Shown one piece after another: positions 37,508 through 47,600 of a stretch of 64,000 nucleotides of DNA. A program made the position numbers and the translations under genes. The stretch covers positions 1,673 to 65,672 of the forward strand of contig CAXGWI010000004.1 in assembly GCA_964013405.1 (NCBI GenBank), written 5' to 3'. Numbering within the stretch: position 1 is the stretch's first letter; each line of letters starts with the position of its first letter. Source of the DNA: an uncultured Myxococcales bacterium. Lineage in GTDB: Bacteria; Myxococcota; UBA4151. The notes beneath the pieces are model-generated. The model was given only the letters and a program-made list of their open reading frames with translations. It was not told the DNA's origin and ran no database searches.

Positions 37508-39928
37508 ATGAGAGTTCTCCTCATTACAGTTGTTGCTGCCCTTGCTTTGGCCTGCCCGGAGCCCACCGTCATCCCCGACGGCGGCCCATCGCTGCCCGAT
37601 GACGCAGCGGTGACGATCGATGCGGGCCCTTGTTCGGGGCGCTGCGATCAAGCCCAGGTTTGTCATGAGGCCAATTGTTGGTCGCCCTGCCCTTGCGAGG
37701 AAGGACAGTTTTGTGACGAGACGGCGAGCATTTGCCGAGAAGGCTGCCAGGGGGATGAGGACTGCCCTCTTACCCAGCGCTGCTCCGCTGGGCTGTGCGA
37801 ACCGGGCTGTCGAGAGGATGCCCGTTGTCCTGCACCACAGATCTGTCACGAAGAAGCATGTAGAGCGCCTTTTTGTACACTCCGGACGGATTGTGAAACC
37901 GGCGAAGGCTGCCGGTCAGGACGCTGCGAGCAAGTCGGGCAAGACCGCTGCGAGGCCGATGGGGATTGCGGTCTCGATTGGACCTGCTCGTCCCACGGGC
38001 TGTGTTTTACGGGCGAATGCCTTGTTCACGATGACTGCGAGGCTGCAGAGCGTTGTGTCGAGGGCGCATGTGTTCGGCGCCCACGGACGGAAGAGGGGAT
38101 TCTCTTCGAGCGCCGCTTTCCGGCTTATGCAGCCTCCCATAACAGCAGGCTACCCTTCGGTGAAACCACTGGATACGGCTTCGGAGGAGCCCTGCTCGAT
38201 GTCGATGGCGACGGTGATCTCGACCTCTTTATGGGGAGTCGCATCCGTGCAGGAGGAGACGCTTCACCGGCCTGTATTTACGAAAATGTGTCGGTGCCGA
38301 GCCGACTGGACTTCCGACCATGGCCGGGGGGCTGCCCGATGGAGGATTCATTTCTCCATGCCGGGGTCGCATTGGATCTCGAAGGCGATGGTTTCGACGA
38401 ACTGGTCGTCCTTGGTAACTACCGGGCCAGGCTGCTGCGATTTTTCCCTGAGCCAGCGGTCACGGACTTGATCACCCAACTGGATGAGGATGATCCTCGC
38501 CGCCGCTGTGTGGTGGGGGCCGGCTTGCCCCAGGATCTCAACATGGATGGGCGCATCGATTTGATGCTGGGCTGTCAGATCGGCGCCAACATGGGGGACT
38601 TGGTGCGTATGGTGAACATGACCTTTCTCCAGAACCCAGAGGGGCGCTTGGAGTTGGTGGAGCGCGAAGCGGTGGCGGCCTGGGCCGATCCGGGCTCGAC
38701 CCTCGGCCTGGCTGGAATCGATGTGGACTGGGACGGCATGGAAGACTTGGTCGTCCTCAACGACACCTTCTCGACCCATGGAGTGCCGGGGTCTCGAGAA
38801 GAAGGGCTTCAACCCACCATTCAGCACATGCTCCCGGTACCGCTGCTATACCGCCGCTGTTCCCCCCTTGAAGCCTGCGACTACGAGCCATGGTCCTTCG
38901 GTGAGGGGGACCGCGCCTACGGCAGTTTCATGGGGCTTGGGGCGATTCACATCGAAGGGGAGGGAGAGCACTTCTACATCAGCGATTGGGGCTTCAATCG
39001 CCTGATGCGCTTCGGGCCAGACGGTACCTTCAGTGAAATCATTGGCTCCTTGGGGGGAGGCCTCTCCCATGCCGAAGACGTCCTGCTTTTCGCCTGGGGG
39101 GTTTTGGTCGACGATTTGAACCGGGACGGTCGAGACGACCTCCTCGTGAGTCAAGGGATGGTGCCAGATCCCCATTTAGAGCGTTTTCCTCTCCACTACG
39201 ATGCGGCTCTATTGCAGCATGGAGGGGGCTTTGAGGTGCTGAGTGAGGAAGTGGGGCTTTCGGCCTCCGATCACCTCGACAGTCAAAACGAAGATCGAAG
39301 TTATGCCAGCCGGGCCATGGCCCGCGCGGACTTGGATGGTGATGGTTATCTCGACGTGGTTACCTTTGCCCTGGAAGGTAAGGTTCGTTTTCACGCCGAG
39401 GTGCCTCAGGCAGACGGGCTCACGCCCCGCTGCACGCTGATTCCCCGCCCTCGCTACGTTCCTGCCTATGGCACGGGTTACGCCCTCCAGGCCCAGGGCG
39501 GGACCGTTTGGCGGCGCCGGGACGTGCAGGGCCAGTCTCGCCTGGGCTCAAGTCCCCATATTCTCAACCCGGAGGGGCGGGGTACGCTCCGGTTTCCCAG
39601 TGGGTATCGAGCGGCTTTCGATTGCCAGGGGCGACCTGGCCCCTTTGAAGTGACCGAATCCGAGTGGATCCAATTGGTGACCCTCCAAGACGGGGAAGTC
39701 AGCATCAAGATTGCCGCCGACCAGGTTGCTGGAGAGCGGCTCTTGGTGGTCTTTGCGCCAGAACTTGATCCCGGGGACCGCCGCCAGGCCGATCTGGGGC
39801 TTGGTGCCTGCGATGTGGAGGAGGGCTGGTGCCTTTGGCAGACCCAGTTTGTGGCTGAAGAGCAACGCCTGATGTTGCGCCTGGGCTCCCGCTGGATTCC
39901 CCGCTGGTTTACGGCATCGGCACCCTGA
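37508..39928 (+). CDS. Same family, paralogue F (divergent from E)
   Basis: ATG 37508 gives MRVLLITVVAALALA-C; same motif order; RWIPRWF end. Confidence 0.82.
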   Translation: MRVLLITVVAALALACPEPTVIPDGGPSLPDDAAVTIDAGPCSGRCDQAQVCHEANCWSPCPCEEGQFCDETASICREGCQGDEDCPLTQRCSAGLCEPGCREDARCPAPQICHEEACRAPFCTLRTDCETGEGCRSGRCEQVGQDRCEADGDCGLDWTCSSHGLCFTGECLVHDDCEAAERCVEGACVRRPRTEEGILFERRFPAYAASHNSRLPFGETTGYGFGGALLDVDGDGDLDLFMGSRIRAGGDASPACIYENVSVPSRLDFRPWPGGCPMEDSFLHAGVALDLEGDGFDELVVLGNYRARLLRFFPEPAVTDLITQLDEDDPRRRCVVGAGLPQDLNMDGRIDLMLGCQIGANMGDLVRMVNMTFLQNPEGRLELVEREAVAAWADPGSTLGLAGIDVDWDGMEDLVVLNDTFSTHGVPGSREEGLQPTIQHMLPVPLLYRRCSPLEACDYEPWSFGEGDRAYGSFMGLGAIHIEGEGEHFYISDWGFNRLMRFGPDGTFSEIIGSLGGGLSHAEDVLLFAWGVLVDDLNRDGRDDLLVSQGMVPDPHLERFPLHYDAALLQHGGGFEVLSEEVGLSASDHLDSQNEDRSYASRAMARADLDGDGYLDVVTFALEGKVRFHAEVPQADGLTPRCTLIPRPRYVPAYGTGYALQAQGGTVWRRRDVQGQSRLGSSPHILNPEGRGTLRFPSGYRAAFDCQGRPGPFEVTESEWIQLVTLQDGEVSIKIAADQVAGERLLVVFAPELDPGDRRQADLGLGACDVEEGWCLWQTQFVAEEQRLMLRLGSRWIPRWFTASAP
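37948..38038 (+). repeat. 91-bp inverted repeat, copy 2
   Basis: Mismatches to copy 1 only at 37972 and 38035, both synonymous. Confidence 0.95.
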
Positions 39929-40862
39929 GCGAATAGCGAGGCAACTCACCTTCAAGAACACGGCGAAGGTCGCCCAGACACATCTCGGCCATCTGCCTGC
40001 GGGTTGCTTGGTCCGCGCTGCCTAGATGGGGCAGCAAGACCACGTCGTCTCGATGGATCAATGCGGGGTGGACTTCCGGTTCCCGAGCGTAGACGTCCAA
40101 GCCAGCACCGCCAAGGTGACCTCGTTCGAGGGCCTGGGCCAACGCGGCCTCATCGATGATCGGCCCCCGGGCCGTGTTGATGACGAGGGCCCCCGGGCGC
40201 AGGCGTGCCAGCGCGTCGCCATCGATCAGGCCCCTGGTGACCTCCGTGAGCGGGCAGTGAAGACTGAGTATATCGCTGCGCTCGAGAAGTTCATCTAAGC
40301 CGACAGCCTCATCGGGGGGATCCAGCACCGGTGAGCGGGTGTGGAACAGGACCTTCAGGCCGAAGGCCCGGGCCCGTTGAGCCACTGCTCGGCCGATCCG
40401 ACCATAGCCAATAATCCCCAAAACCCGCCCCTGCAGTTCCCGGCCCACCAGCAAGGTTGGAGACCAACCCTGGAAGCCTCCGCGTCGGACCAACCGGTCC
40501 CCTTCGACGAGGCGTCGACTGAGACCGAGGATGAGCGCCAGCGTCAGATCCGCCGTCGCGTCCGTCAGGACCCCAGGGGTGTGGGTCACGTGAATCGACC
40601 GTTCTCGGCAGGCGGCTAAATCGATGTTGTCGGTCCCCACCGCATGCTGAGCCACGATCTCAAGATCGGGGCAATGGGATAAGAGTTCCTCATCGATCGG
40701 GTCGGTGAGCATGGATAACAGCCCCCGGCATCCCTGCAATTCGTCGATGAGCTCGCGAGGCCGAAGGGGGCGGTCCAGACTGTTGATTCGATAGCTATGC
40801 GGGCCCAACACGCCTTCCGGTTCAATGCTAAGGCGCCGGGAGATAAAAACCTTCGCTGTCAT
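39909..40862 (-). CDS. D-2-hydroxyacid dehydrogenase (glyoxylate/hydroxypyruvate reductase type)
   Basis: VGTDNID, TPGVLTDATAD, GIIGYGRIG, INTARG, GLDVYAREP, PHLGSA. Confidence 0.92.
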   Translation of the reverse strand: MTAKVFISRRLSIEPEGVLGPHSYRINSLDRPLRPRELIDELQGCRGLLSMLTDPIDEELLSHCPDLEIVAQHAVGTDNIDLAACRERSIHVTHTPGVLTDATADLTLALILGLSRRLVEGDRLVRRGGFQGWSPTLLVGRELQGRVLGIIGYGRIGRAVAQRARAFGLKVLFHTRSPVLDPPDEAVGLDELLERSDILSLHCPLTEVTRGLIDGDALARLRPGALVINTARGPIIDEAALAQALERGHLGGAGLDVYAREPEVHPALIHRDDVVLLPHLGSADQATRRQMAEMCLGDLRRVLEGELPRYSLRVPMP

Positions 40863-40871
40863 CGGCTCCGG

Positions 40872-42527
40872 TCAGCCCTGCTGTCCGAGCCAGGTGATCA
40901 GTCGGTCGACAACGGGCTTTCCTTCCCGGTCGGCGTGGGCGTTGCCGAGCAGATCCGCATCACCACTGGCAAAAACCCCTGGCCCGGTGACCAGAATTGG
41001 AATCTCGCCCTGGGGCAAACCTTCCGTCTTGGGGAAAGGCGTTCGCAGTTTGACCACTTGGTTGCCCTGGCCGAAGGCTTTCTTGCCCGGTGTTCCGGTC
41101 GGTGGTGTCGGGTTTAAGCAAACCCACGCACCCGGATAGGTTGAGCCGACGACGGTGAGTTTCTTTTGCTCACTGAGCAGTTGAATGGGGGCCGCCCGAT
41201 AGTACGAGTACGAGTTGTTGGGAATGTTGGCCAAGCCGATCTGGCGATTCCCCCCCTCTGCAGCCACCATGGTCTGTCCAAAGGCGATCCCTCGGTCGAG
41301 TCCGAGATCGTTCAAGGTCGAAGGGTAGTCTTTGGGGTCGTACTTGACCTTTTCGTCCAGGGTCTTGCGAATCTGGGCAACCACCTCTTTGGGCATGACT
41401 TGGAGCATCATATCGAAGTCCTTCATCATGTCCGTCATCGGATCCGAACTACCCTCAGCCAATAAGACGAGACGAGGTACCTTTTTGAGAAGTTCCAGGT
41501 TCTTCGCATTTCTCAATGGTGCGGCGACCACGACGGCTTTGTATCGAGTGGGGTCTCCGCTCAAGACACCCTGTTCCACCCCATAACCCACTTCATTTAG
41601 AACGTCGGCCAAGCGATCGAGACCGCTGAGGCTTCCATCAGCCCGCAGCCCACCGCTGCCTGTTTCGATGAAGACGGTCCCTTGAGCACCCGTCTCGTGA
41701 ATGACGCTCTTTAAAGGGCGCGGTTGACCGGCTTGATCGATCTGGCGCCCCGCGAGCAATCGGAAGAGTTTGAGGACAAAGTCCTTATTGTTTCCCAGGC
41801 TCATGCCCGTTGGACGACTCATGTTCCAAAACATCTCCGCATCGGCCACCACGGCAACCGGGCCTAGGCCTGCGGTCTCGGACAAGGCGGCAACCACATC
41901 AGTCGATGCGCGGAAGGGTTGGTCGACCTTGAGCAGGGGTTGGGCGTCTTTTGAGAGCTTAAGGGGGGCGGCCGTCATTGGGCGGACATTCTGCACCCCC
42001 AAGCGATTGCTGTGAGAGAAAGGCCACTGAATCTCGTCGAGGCGACGACCTTTGCCGTCGGCGGTGGTGGCTCGGATTTTAATGCCCCAGGCCTCGGTCA
42101 GCGCGTTGTGCATATCGGCATGGCGGAAGAAATTATCATGCTCGGCGATCACCAAGACACCACCGCCTGATTTACGAAAGCCGCGGATCGCCTCTAGGTC
42201 CTCTGGCTCGTATTTACGCTCGAGCGCTGGCCCTAAGACGAGGATGTTACCGGGTCCTGACACATTCCGAGTAAGGGATGTGAGGTCGCGGAAGTTGACG
42301 GAGACCAGGGCACCCTCGTCACGTAGTGCATCGGTTAACTGGCTCATACCGGCGAAGTAAGCGTCAAAGGGGCTGTAAATTTGTTCCTTCGATAAATCGA
42401 AGATCACATGAAAGTTTGTGTTTGGCGCTGGGCGCTCACCTTCGTCTTTCGGCTGTGTGTCTGTCGATTTACTTTGAGTGCAAGCGACGAGCATGACGGC
42501 AAGGGTCAGGGCGAGCGTGCGTTTCAT
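40872..42527 (-). CDS. Lipoprotein with two tandem GATase-like/GIFT-like domains
   Basis: LVA-C; GGGVLVIAEH; internally repeated G..L.D.L...G..V and V...DA....N segments. Confidence 0.6.
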   Translation of the reverse strand: MKRTLALTLAVMLVACTQSKSTDTQPKDEGERPAPNTNFHVIFDLSKEQIYSPFDAYFAGMSQLTDALRDEGALVSVNFRDLTSLTRNVSGPGNILVLGPALERKYEPEDLEAIRGFRKSGGGVLVIAEHDNFFRHADMHNALTEAWGIKIRATTADGKGRRLDEIQWPFSHSNRLGVQNVRPMTAAPLKLSKDAQPLLKVDQPFRASTDVVAALSETAGLGPVAVVADAEMFWNMSRPTGMSLGNNKDFVLKLFRLLAGRQIDQAGQPRPLKSVIHETGAQGTVFIETGSGGLRADGSLSGLDRLADVLNEVGYGVEQGVLSGDPTRYKAVVVAAPLRNAKNLELLKKVPRLVLLAEGSSDPMTDMMKDFDMMLQVMPKEVVAQIRKTLDEKVKYDPKDYPSTLNDLGLDRGIAFGQTMVAAEGGNRQIGLANIPNNSYSYYRAAPIQLLSEQKKLTVVGSTYPGAWVCLNPTPPTGTPGKKAFGQGNQVVKLRTPFPKTEGLPQGEIPILVTGPGVFASGDADLLGNAHADREGKPVVDRLITWLGQQG

Positions 42528-42652
42528 CGAGGTCTCCAGGCACCGTTGAACACCGAGACTCTATGCCCATACGGGGCAAAGGCAAACCACCGTGGCGACT
42601 GTCCCTTGGTCAACGGCCCATTTTCGGGCAATGCGCTCACGGGAGCGAAGGG

Positions 42653-43882
42653 ATGTCGGGTAGCTTTCGTGCTGTGCCGCGCACAGGTGTCATCTTTGTG
42701 AGTTCCGAGGCCTCGAAACGAGGCTTCTACCGTGGGGCACCCGATTGGTGCAATCTGGGCCAAGGGCAACCCGAGACCGGCCCGTTGGGTGTTGGCGATG
42801 TCCGGATCGACTCCATCGCCATCGATGAAGCCGATCACGAGTATGCACCGGTTGCCGGCCTGCAGGCCCTGCGTGCCGCTGTGGCAAATCTCTATAACCA
42901 CCGGTATCGGCGGGGGAAGAAGAGCCAGTACGGACCGGAGAACGTCGCGATTTCCGGTGGCGGTCGGGCCGGGCTGACGCGGGCAGCCGCGGCGCTGGGC
43001 CGGATCAATTTGGGTCATTTTCTCCCCGATTACACAGCTTATGAGGAGTTGCTGGAGATCTTCGGTCGATTTAGCTCCATTCCCATCCTCCTCGAAGCGG
43101 AACAGAATTACGATTTTGGTATTCCCGCGCTGCGGCGAGAGATTTTGGGGCGCGGCCTCGGTGGCTTGTTGCTGTCCAACCCCTGTAACCCTACGGGAAA
43201 GATGATCCATGGCGATGAACTCGCGGCTTGGGTGGAGACGGCCCGGACCTTAGACTGCGCTTTGTTGGTCGACGAGTTCTACTCCAACTACACCTGGGCC
43301 TGCGAAGGGCCTGTGAGTGCCGCTGCCTTTGTCGACGATGTGAACGAAGATCCGGTGATCTTGGTGGATGGCTTGACGAAGAACTGGCGATATCCTGGCT
43401 GGCGCATCAGTTGGACCGTGGGGCCCCAGTCGGTGATCGAGGCGATTACCAGTGCCGGGAGTTTCCTCGATGGCGGTGCGAACCGTCCCTTGCAACGGGC
43501 CGCCCTAAGCCTACTGGAGCCGGCCCGGGCTGAGGGGGAGCGGGAACGGATCCGAAGCTGCTTTTTGGGGAAACGACAACGCATGATCGACGGCTTGCGG
43601 CGACTCGGGGTGAAGGTGGGACTCGAGCCGGAGGGGACCTTTTACGTCTGGGGCGATTTGAGCGAGATGCCCGAAGGGCTGCGAGAGGGCATGGCCTTCT
43701 TTCAAGCCTGTCTCGACGAAAAAGTGATCGTGGTTCCGGGGGAGTTCTTTGACGTGAACCCAGGCAAGCGACGGCCTGGGCGGCACTCTCGGTTTCGGAA
43801 TCAGGTTCGTTTCTCTTTTGGACCCGAGCTGTCGGTGATCGATGAAGGACTGCTTCGCATGGAGCGGCTACTGAGTCGCTAG
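42653..43882 (+). CDS. PLP-dependent aminotransferase, class I/II
   Basis: NLGQGQPE, SNPCNPTG, DEFYS, GLTKNWRYPGWR; ATG 42653. Confidence 0.9.
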   Translation: MSGSFRAVPRTGVIFVSSEASKRGFYRGAPDWCNLGQGQPETGPLGVGDVRIDSIAIDEADHEYAPVAGLQALRAAVANLYNHRYRRGKKSQYGPENVAISGGGRAGLTRAAAALGRINLGHFLPDYTAYEELLEIFGRFSSIPILLEAEQNYDFGIPALRREILGRGLGGLLLSNPCNPTGKMIHGDELAAWVETARTLDCALLVDEFYSNYTWACEGPVSAAAFVDDVNEDPVILVDGLTKNWRYPGWRISWTVGPQSVIEAITSAGSFLDGGANRPLQRAALSLLEPARAEGERERIRSCFLGKRQRMIDGLRRLGVKVGLEPEGTFYVWGDLSEMPEGLREGMAFFQACLDEKVIVVPGEFFDVNPGKRRPGRHSRFRNQVRFSFGPELSVIDEGLLRMERLLSR

Positions 43883-44559
43883 GGCCCGGATCCTTCGATG
43901 ATCACGACTTGCCCGCCCTCGGCCCGCCACTCGGCGATGCCGGCCCCCAGGTGTCTGACGTCGAGTCCCTGGTTGATCAAGAGATCCACCGCCTCCAAGG
44001 CGCTGAGGCAGTAGGGGCCACGACAGTAGGCGACCACCTGCCGGTCCCTGGGCAACTCGACGAAACGCTGGTCGAGCTCCCGCAGGGGAATCGAGATGGC
44101 CCCCGGGAGGTGCCCGGCCGAAAATTCATCCCGACTCCGGACATCGAGAAGAACAAATTCACCCCTGACCACGCCGTGAACGAAGCGCTGTCTGTTGCGC
44201 CGCCAGGCCTCGGAGCGCATGTGGGCCATGCGCTCTCGAGCCGGGGTCAGTTCACTGAAGCGCTTCTCAGCGAGTCGATGAAGACTCACCATCAAATGGG
44301 AGACAGCGGCATCGGAGAGGCGGTAATAGACGTAGAGGCCCCGTTTGTCGGATTCGACCAGTCGAGCTTGTCGAAGCACCTGAAGATGGCGGGAGGTGTT
44401 TGCGATGCTGCAGTCGATCAGGCCCGCTAAACCCTCAACCGTTCGCGGCCCTTGGGACAAAACATCGAGGAGTTCCAAACGCTTTGGGCTGGCGAGGCTC
44501 TTCCCGATGCGAGCAAACTGCTCGTAGAGGCCATCCCGAAATGCTCGCTTTTCGCTCAT
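43879..44559 (-). CDS. ArsR/SmtB transcription factor fused to a rhodanese domain
   Basis: KSLASPKRLELL, SRHLQVLRQARLV; LDVR..EF..GHLPGA, YCRGPYC. Confidence 0.9.
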   Translation of the reverse strand: MSEKRAFRDGLYEQFARIGKSLASPKRLELLDVLSQGPRTVEGLAGLIDCSIANTSRHLQVLRQARLVESDKRGLYVYYRLSDAAVSHLMVSLHRLAEKRFSELTPARERMAHMRSEAWRRNRQRFVHGVVRGEFVLLDVRSRDEFSAGHLPGAISIPLRELDQRFVELPRDRQVVAYCRGPYCLSALEAVDLLINQGLDVRHLGAGIAEWRAEGGQVVIIEGSGP

Positions 44560-44572
44560 CGCTCCGAATTCA

Positions 44573-44596
44573 CTAATCAATCATTCGGTTGAATAG
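44573..44596. promoter_or_regulatory. Candidate ArsR-type operator
   Basis: Imperfect inverted repeat CTAATCAA-N8-TTGAATAG (7/8) just upstream of the ArsR start. Confidence 0.45.
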
Positions 44597-44684
44597 GCTG
44601 TCTTGTCCCGCCCGTCAAATGGTCAGCAGCGACCCCCTTGTCAGACCCCCCCATTAGACCGGATGAGGTCAGACGGGGGCGGTT

Positions 44685-47600
44685 GTGATCCACCTGATTT
44701 CCAGTAACCGGATGGATGTTCTGCGGCAGACGCTGGTGGAACTGCTCCGGGAGCCCGTGGGGGGGCCACTGGATCACGAGCTCGTCATCGTGCCGAATCG
44801 TGGTCTTGGGCGTTGGTTGGAGATGGGCCTGGCCGCGGACCAAGGGATCTGTGCCCAGACTCGTCTGGCCTTCCCCCGTCGCTTGATCTGCCAGATCCTC
44901 GACAGTGCGCTGGGGCCAGACCGGGCCCAGGATGCCTATCAGCCGGAGGCGATGGCCTGGGCCCTCTACGGGCTGATTCCCCGCTGGTTGGCCCAGGGGC
45001 GTGGGGATGAGTTGGCCGATTACTGGCAGGCTAACCCTTCCCCGGCGAGTCGCTTCGCCCTGTGTCGGGAGCTGGCTCGCATCTACGATCTAGCCATCAT
45101 CTATCGGCCGCAGAACGTCGTGAAATGGGGACAAGCCCCCCAGGATTGGCCCGAGGATCTCTTTGGCGCCCTGGCCCGGCAACTGGGGCCAGAAGCGCAC
45201 CTCGCTGCCCGCATTCAACACTATCTCAACGGTGGGTATGAGGCCCGCTTGCCCCAGCGTTTATCGTTGTTTGGTCTAGGCTGTCTCCCGCCGGCCTTCA
45301 TCGGCCTCATCCACGAGGCAGCCCGGCGCCAAGGCTGCTTCGTTTACCAATTTCAGTTGAACCCAAGTTCGGGGCTCTTTGTCGATGCGACGACGGCCCG
45401 TCAGCAGCACCATCTGCTCCACGGCGAGGGTTTACTCGAAGCGGAGGCGCACCTCACCACAGTGCATCCCTTGTTGGCCAGTTGGGGCGGACTTGCCCGG
45501 GCCCAGCAGCGCCAACAGATCGCACTGTCCTTCGATGATGAGCGGCCGTTGTATTATCCGGCCGAGGGTGAAGGCACGCTGCCTCGTTTGCAGCGGGACC
45601 TTTGTGATCTCGTCGACCGATTTGAAAGGCCGAGGGGCCAGCCGCCAAGGGCCGGGGACCATAGTCTTCGGATCCACCGTTGTCACGGTGCGCTACGGGA
45701 GGTTGAGGTCCTCAAGGATCAGATCCTCGACCTCCTTGAACGGCAGGCCGACCTTGAGCCTCAGGATATCGCGGTGCTGTCCACGGACCCGAAGACCTAT
45801 GGCCCACTCATCCAGGCGGTTTTTGCCCCAGAACTCTTCGTGTCTACGGCCGATCTCAGCCAGGCCGATGGAGACGATCTGGCCCAGGCCGTGGGCCAGG
45901 CCCTTGAGGTGGCCCAGGGAGGCTTGGAACTCGATTCGGTTGTGGATTTACTGAACCTCGAGGTCTTGCAGCGACATTGGCGCTTGCAGGGTGGGCGTGT
46001 TGGAGATCTCGCCCAATTGCTCCAGCGGGCTGGGATCGAAGGGGCTCGGGACGGACTGCATCGGGCCCAGATGAGTCAGGCTGGTGGCGATGCGAGAACC
46101 TGGAAGGAAGGACTGGAGCGCTTGGCCTTGGGTCTGGCAATGCCCTCGGGCTTTGATCAGGTCGTCCAGGACCGACTCCCCGTCGACCCTGGGGGGCCTG
46201 AAGCTCTGGAGCAGGTGGTCGGCATTCTCGACGCCCTCTTCGAACTGCAGCGATGCCTGCAAACGGAAGGGACGGTGGTCGCAGGGATGGGGGCTCTGGA
46301 AGCGGCCCTGGTCGGACTCCTGGGCCCAAGGGTCGAGCGAGAGTTAGGTTCGAGCTTCGACCAACTCACCCAATCAGCCCAATGGGCCGGTGAAGTGTCT
46401 TTGCCCGTCCATTTATTGGCCCAGGGGCTCCAAGAGCTGCTGGACCAAGAGGCAGAGGGTGGTCAATTTCTTGCCGGCGGGGTGACCGTTAGCGGCCTGC
46501 AGCCTCTTCGGGCCGTGCCGTTTCAAGCCATCTATGTCCTCGGTCTTGGAGCCTCCGAACAACCTTTTCCCCGCCCGGCCCTTGGCGGCGACTTAAAGCA
46601 GCGGATCCTTGGCCCCTCGCGCCCCGGTGACCGAGACCGTCGGCAGGAGGATTTGGACCTCTTCCTGCAACTTCTTCTCAGTGCCCGCCGGGAGCTGGGC
46701 TTGTTTGTGAGTTCGGTTTCCGTCGACGATGGGAGCGAGGCGCCGGTCAGCGTGGTCGTCGATCAACTGCTCGATTTGGTGGTTGCCGACGCTTGCGCGC
46801 CCGATGCGGGCATCGACGTCCAGGCATCGCGGGACGAGTTATGGCGCCATTGGGTGATCGACCACCCGTTACAGCCCTTCGACCCCCGGGCTTTCTCCCG
46901 ACAGGAAACCGGCGGCAGCTTTGCCCAGATCTATCGTCACGAAGCTCGCCAGAAGCCTTTTGGCTGGGCCGGCTGTTCAGCCCCCGAGGAGATCGACCTC
47001 ACCCGATTGGCCTCCTGGTTCTATGATTCTTTGTCCGAGGCCTTAGACACCGACTTGGGTTTACGGTTGCGCCCATGGCTGCGGGCCAATCCAGAGCCAA
47101 CCCAGCAGGCATTGCCGGCCCGGACTCGCCACCAACTCGTGCTTCGTTTGCTCGAGGACCCAGACAAGAACCAAGCCTGGCTCGAAGCCAGCGGCCAACT
47201 GACCCCCGGCCATTTAGGCCTGTTCCAGGCCGGTGAGGTACTCAAGCTGGTCGAAGCTTGTCCCGTGCCACCCATCCGACCCGGCCCACCACTGGTCGTG
47301 GATCTCTCGCTCGCGGGTCGTCAACTGGTTGGAAGACTCCCGGCAGAGGCTATGTGGATTGAGCCCCAGGCGAAGGGCCCAGCCTTTGGGGCCTGGCTGC
47401 AACACTTGGTTCGCCAGGTGATGGTTGGGCCGACCGAAACACGGGTTCTTTTTAACGCCAGCGGCAAAAGTCCCTGGAAGGAGTTAACGCTGCCCGCCGC
47501 CGCGGCCGACGACGCCAGAGATCGCCTGGAGGCCCTTGTGAAGCTCTACTGTGAAGGCATGAAACAGGGTTGGGTCTTTGTCGGTGAGGTGGCCAGCGCG

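Noticed and set aside
26383-39928. Diversity-generating retroelement behind the paralogue array
   Set aside because: No reverse transcriptase in the window; the repeat pair is intragenic in both copies and differs by two synonymous C/T changes at third codon positions, not a template/variable pattern.
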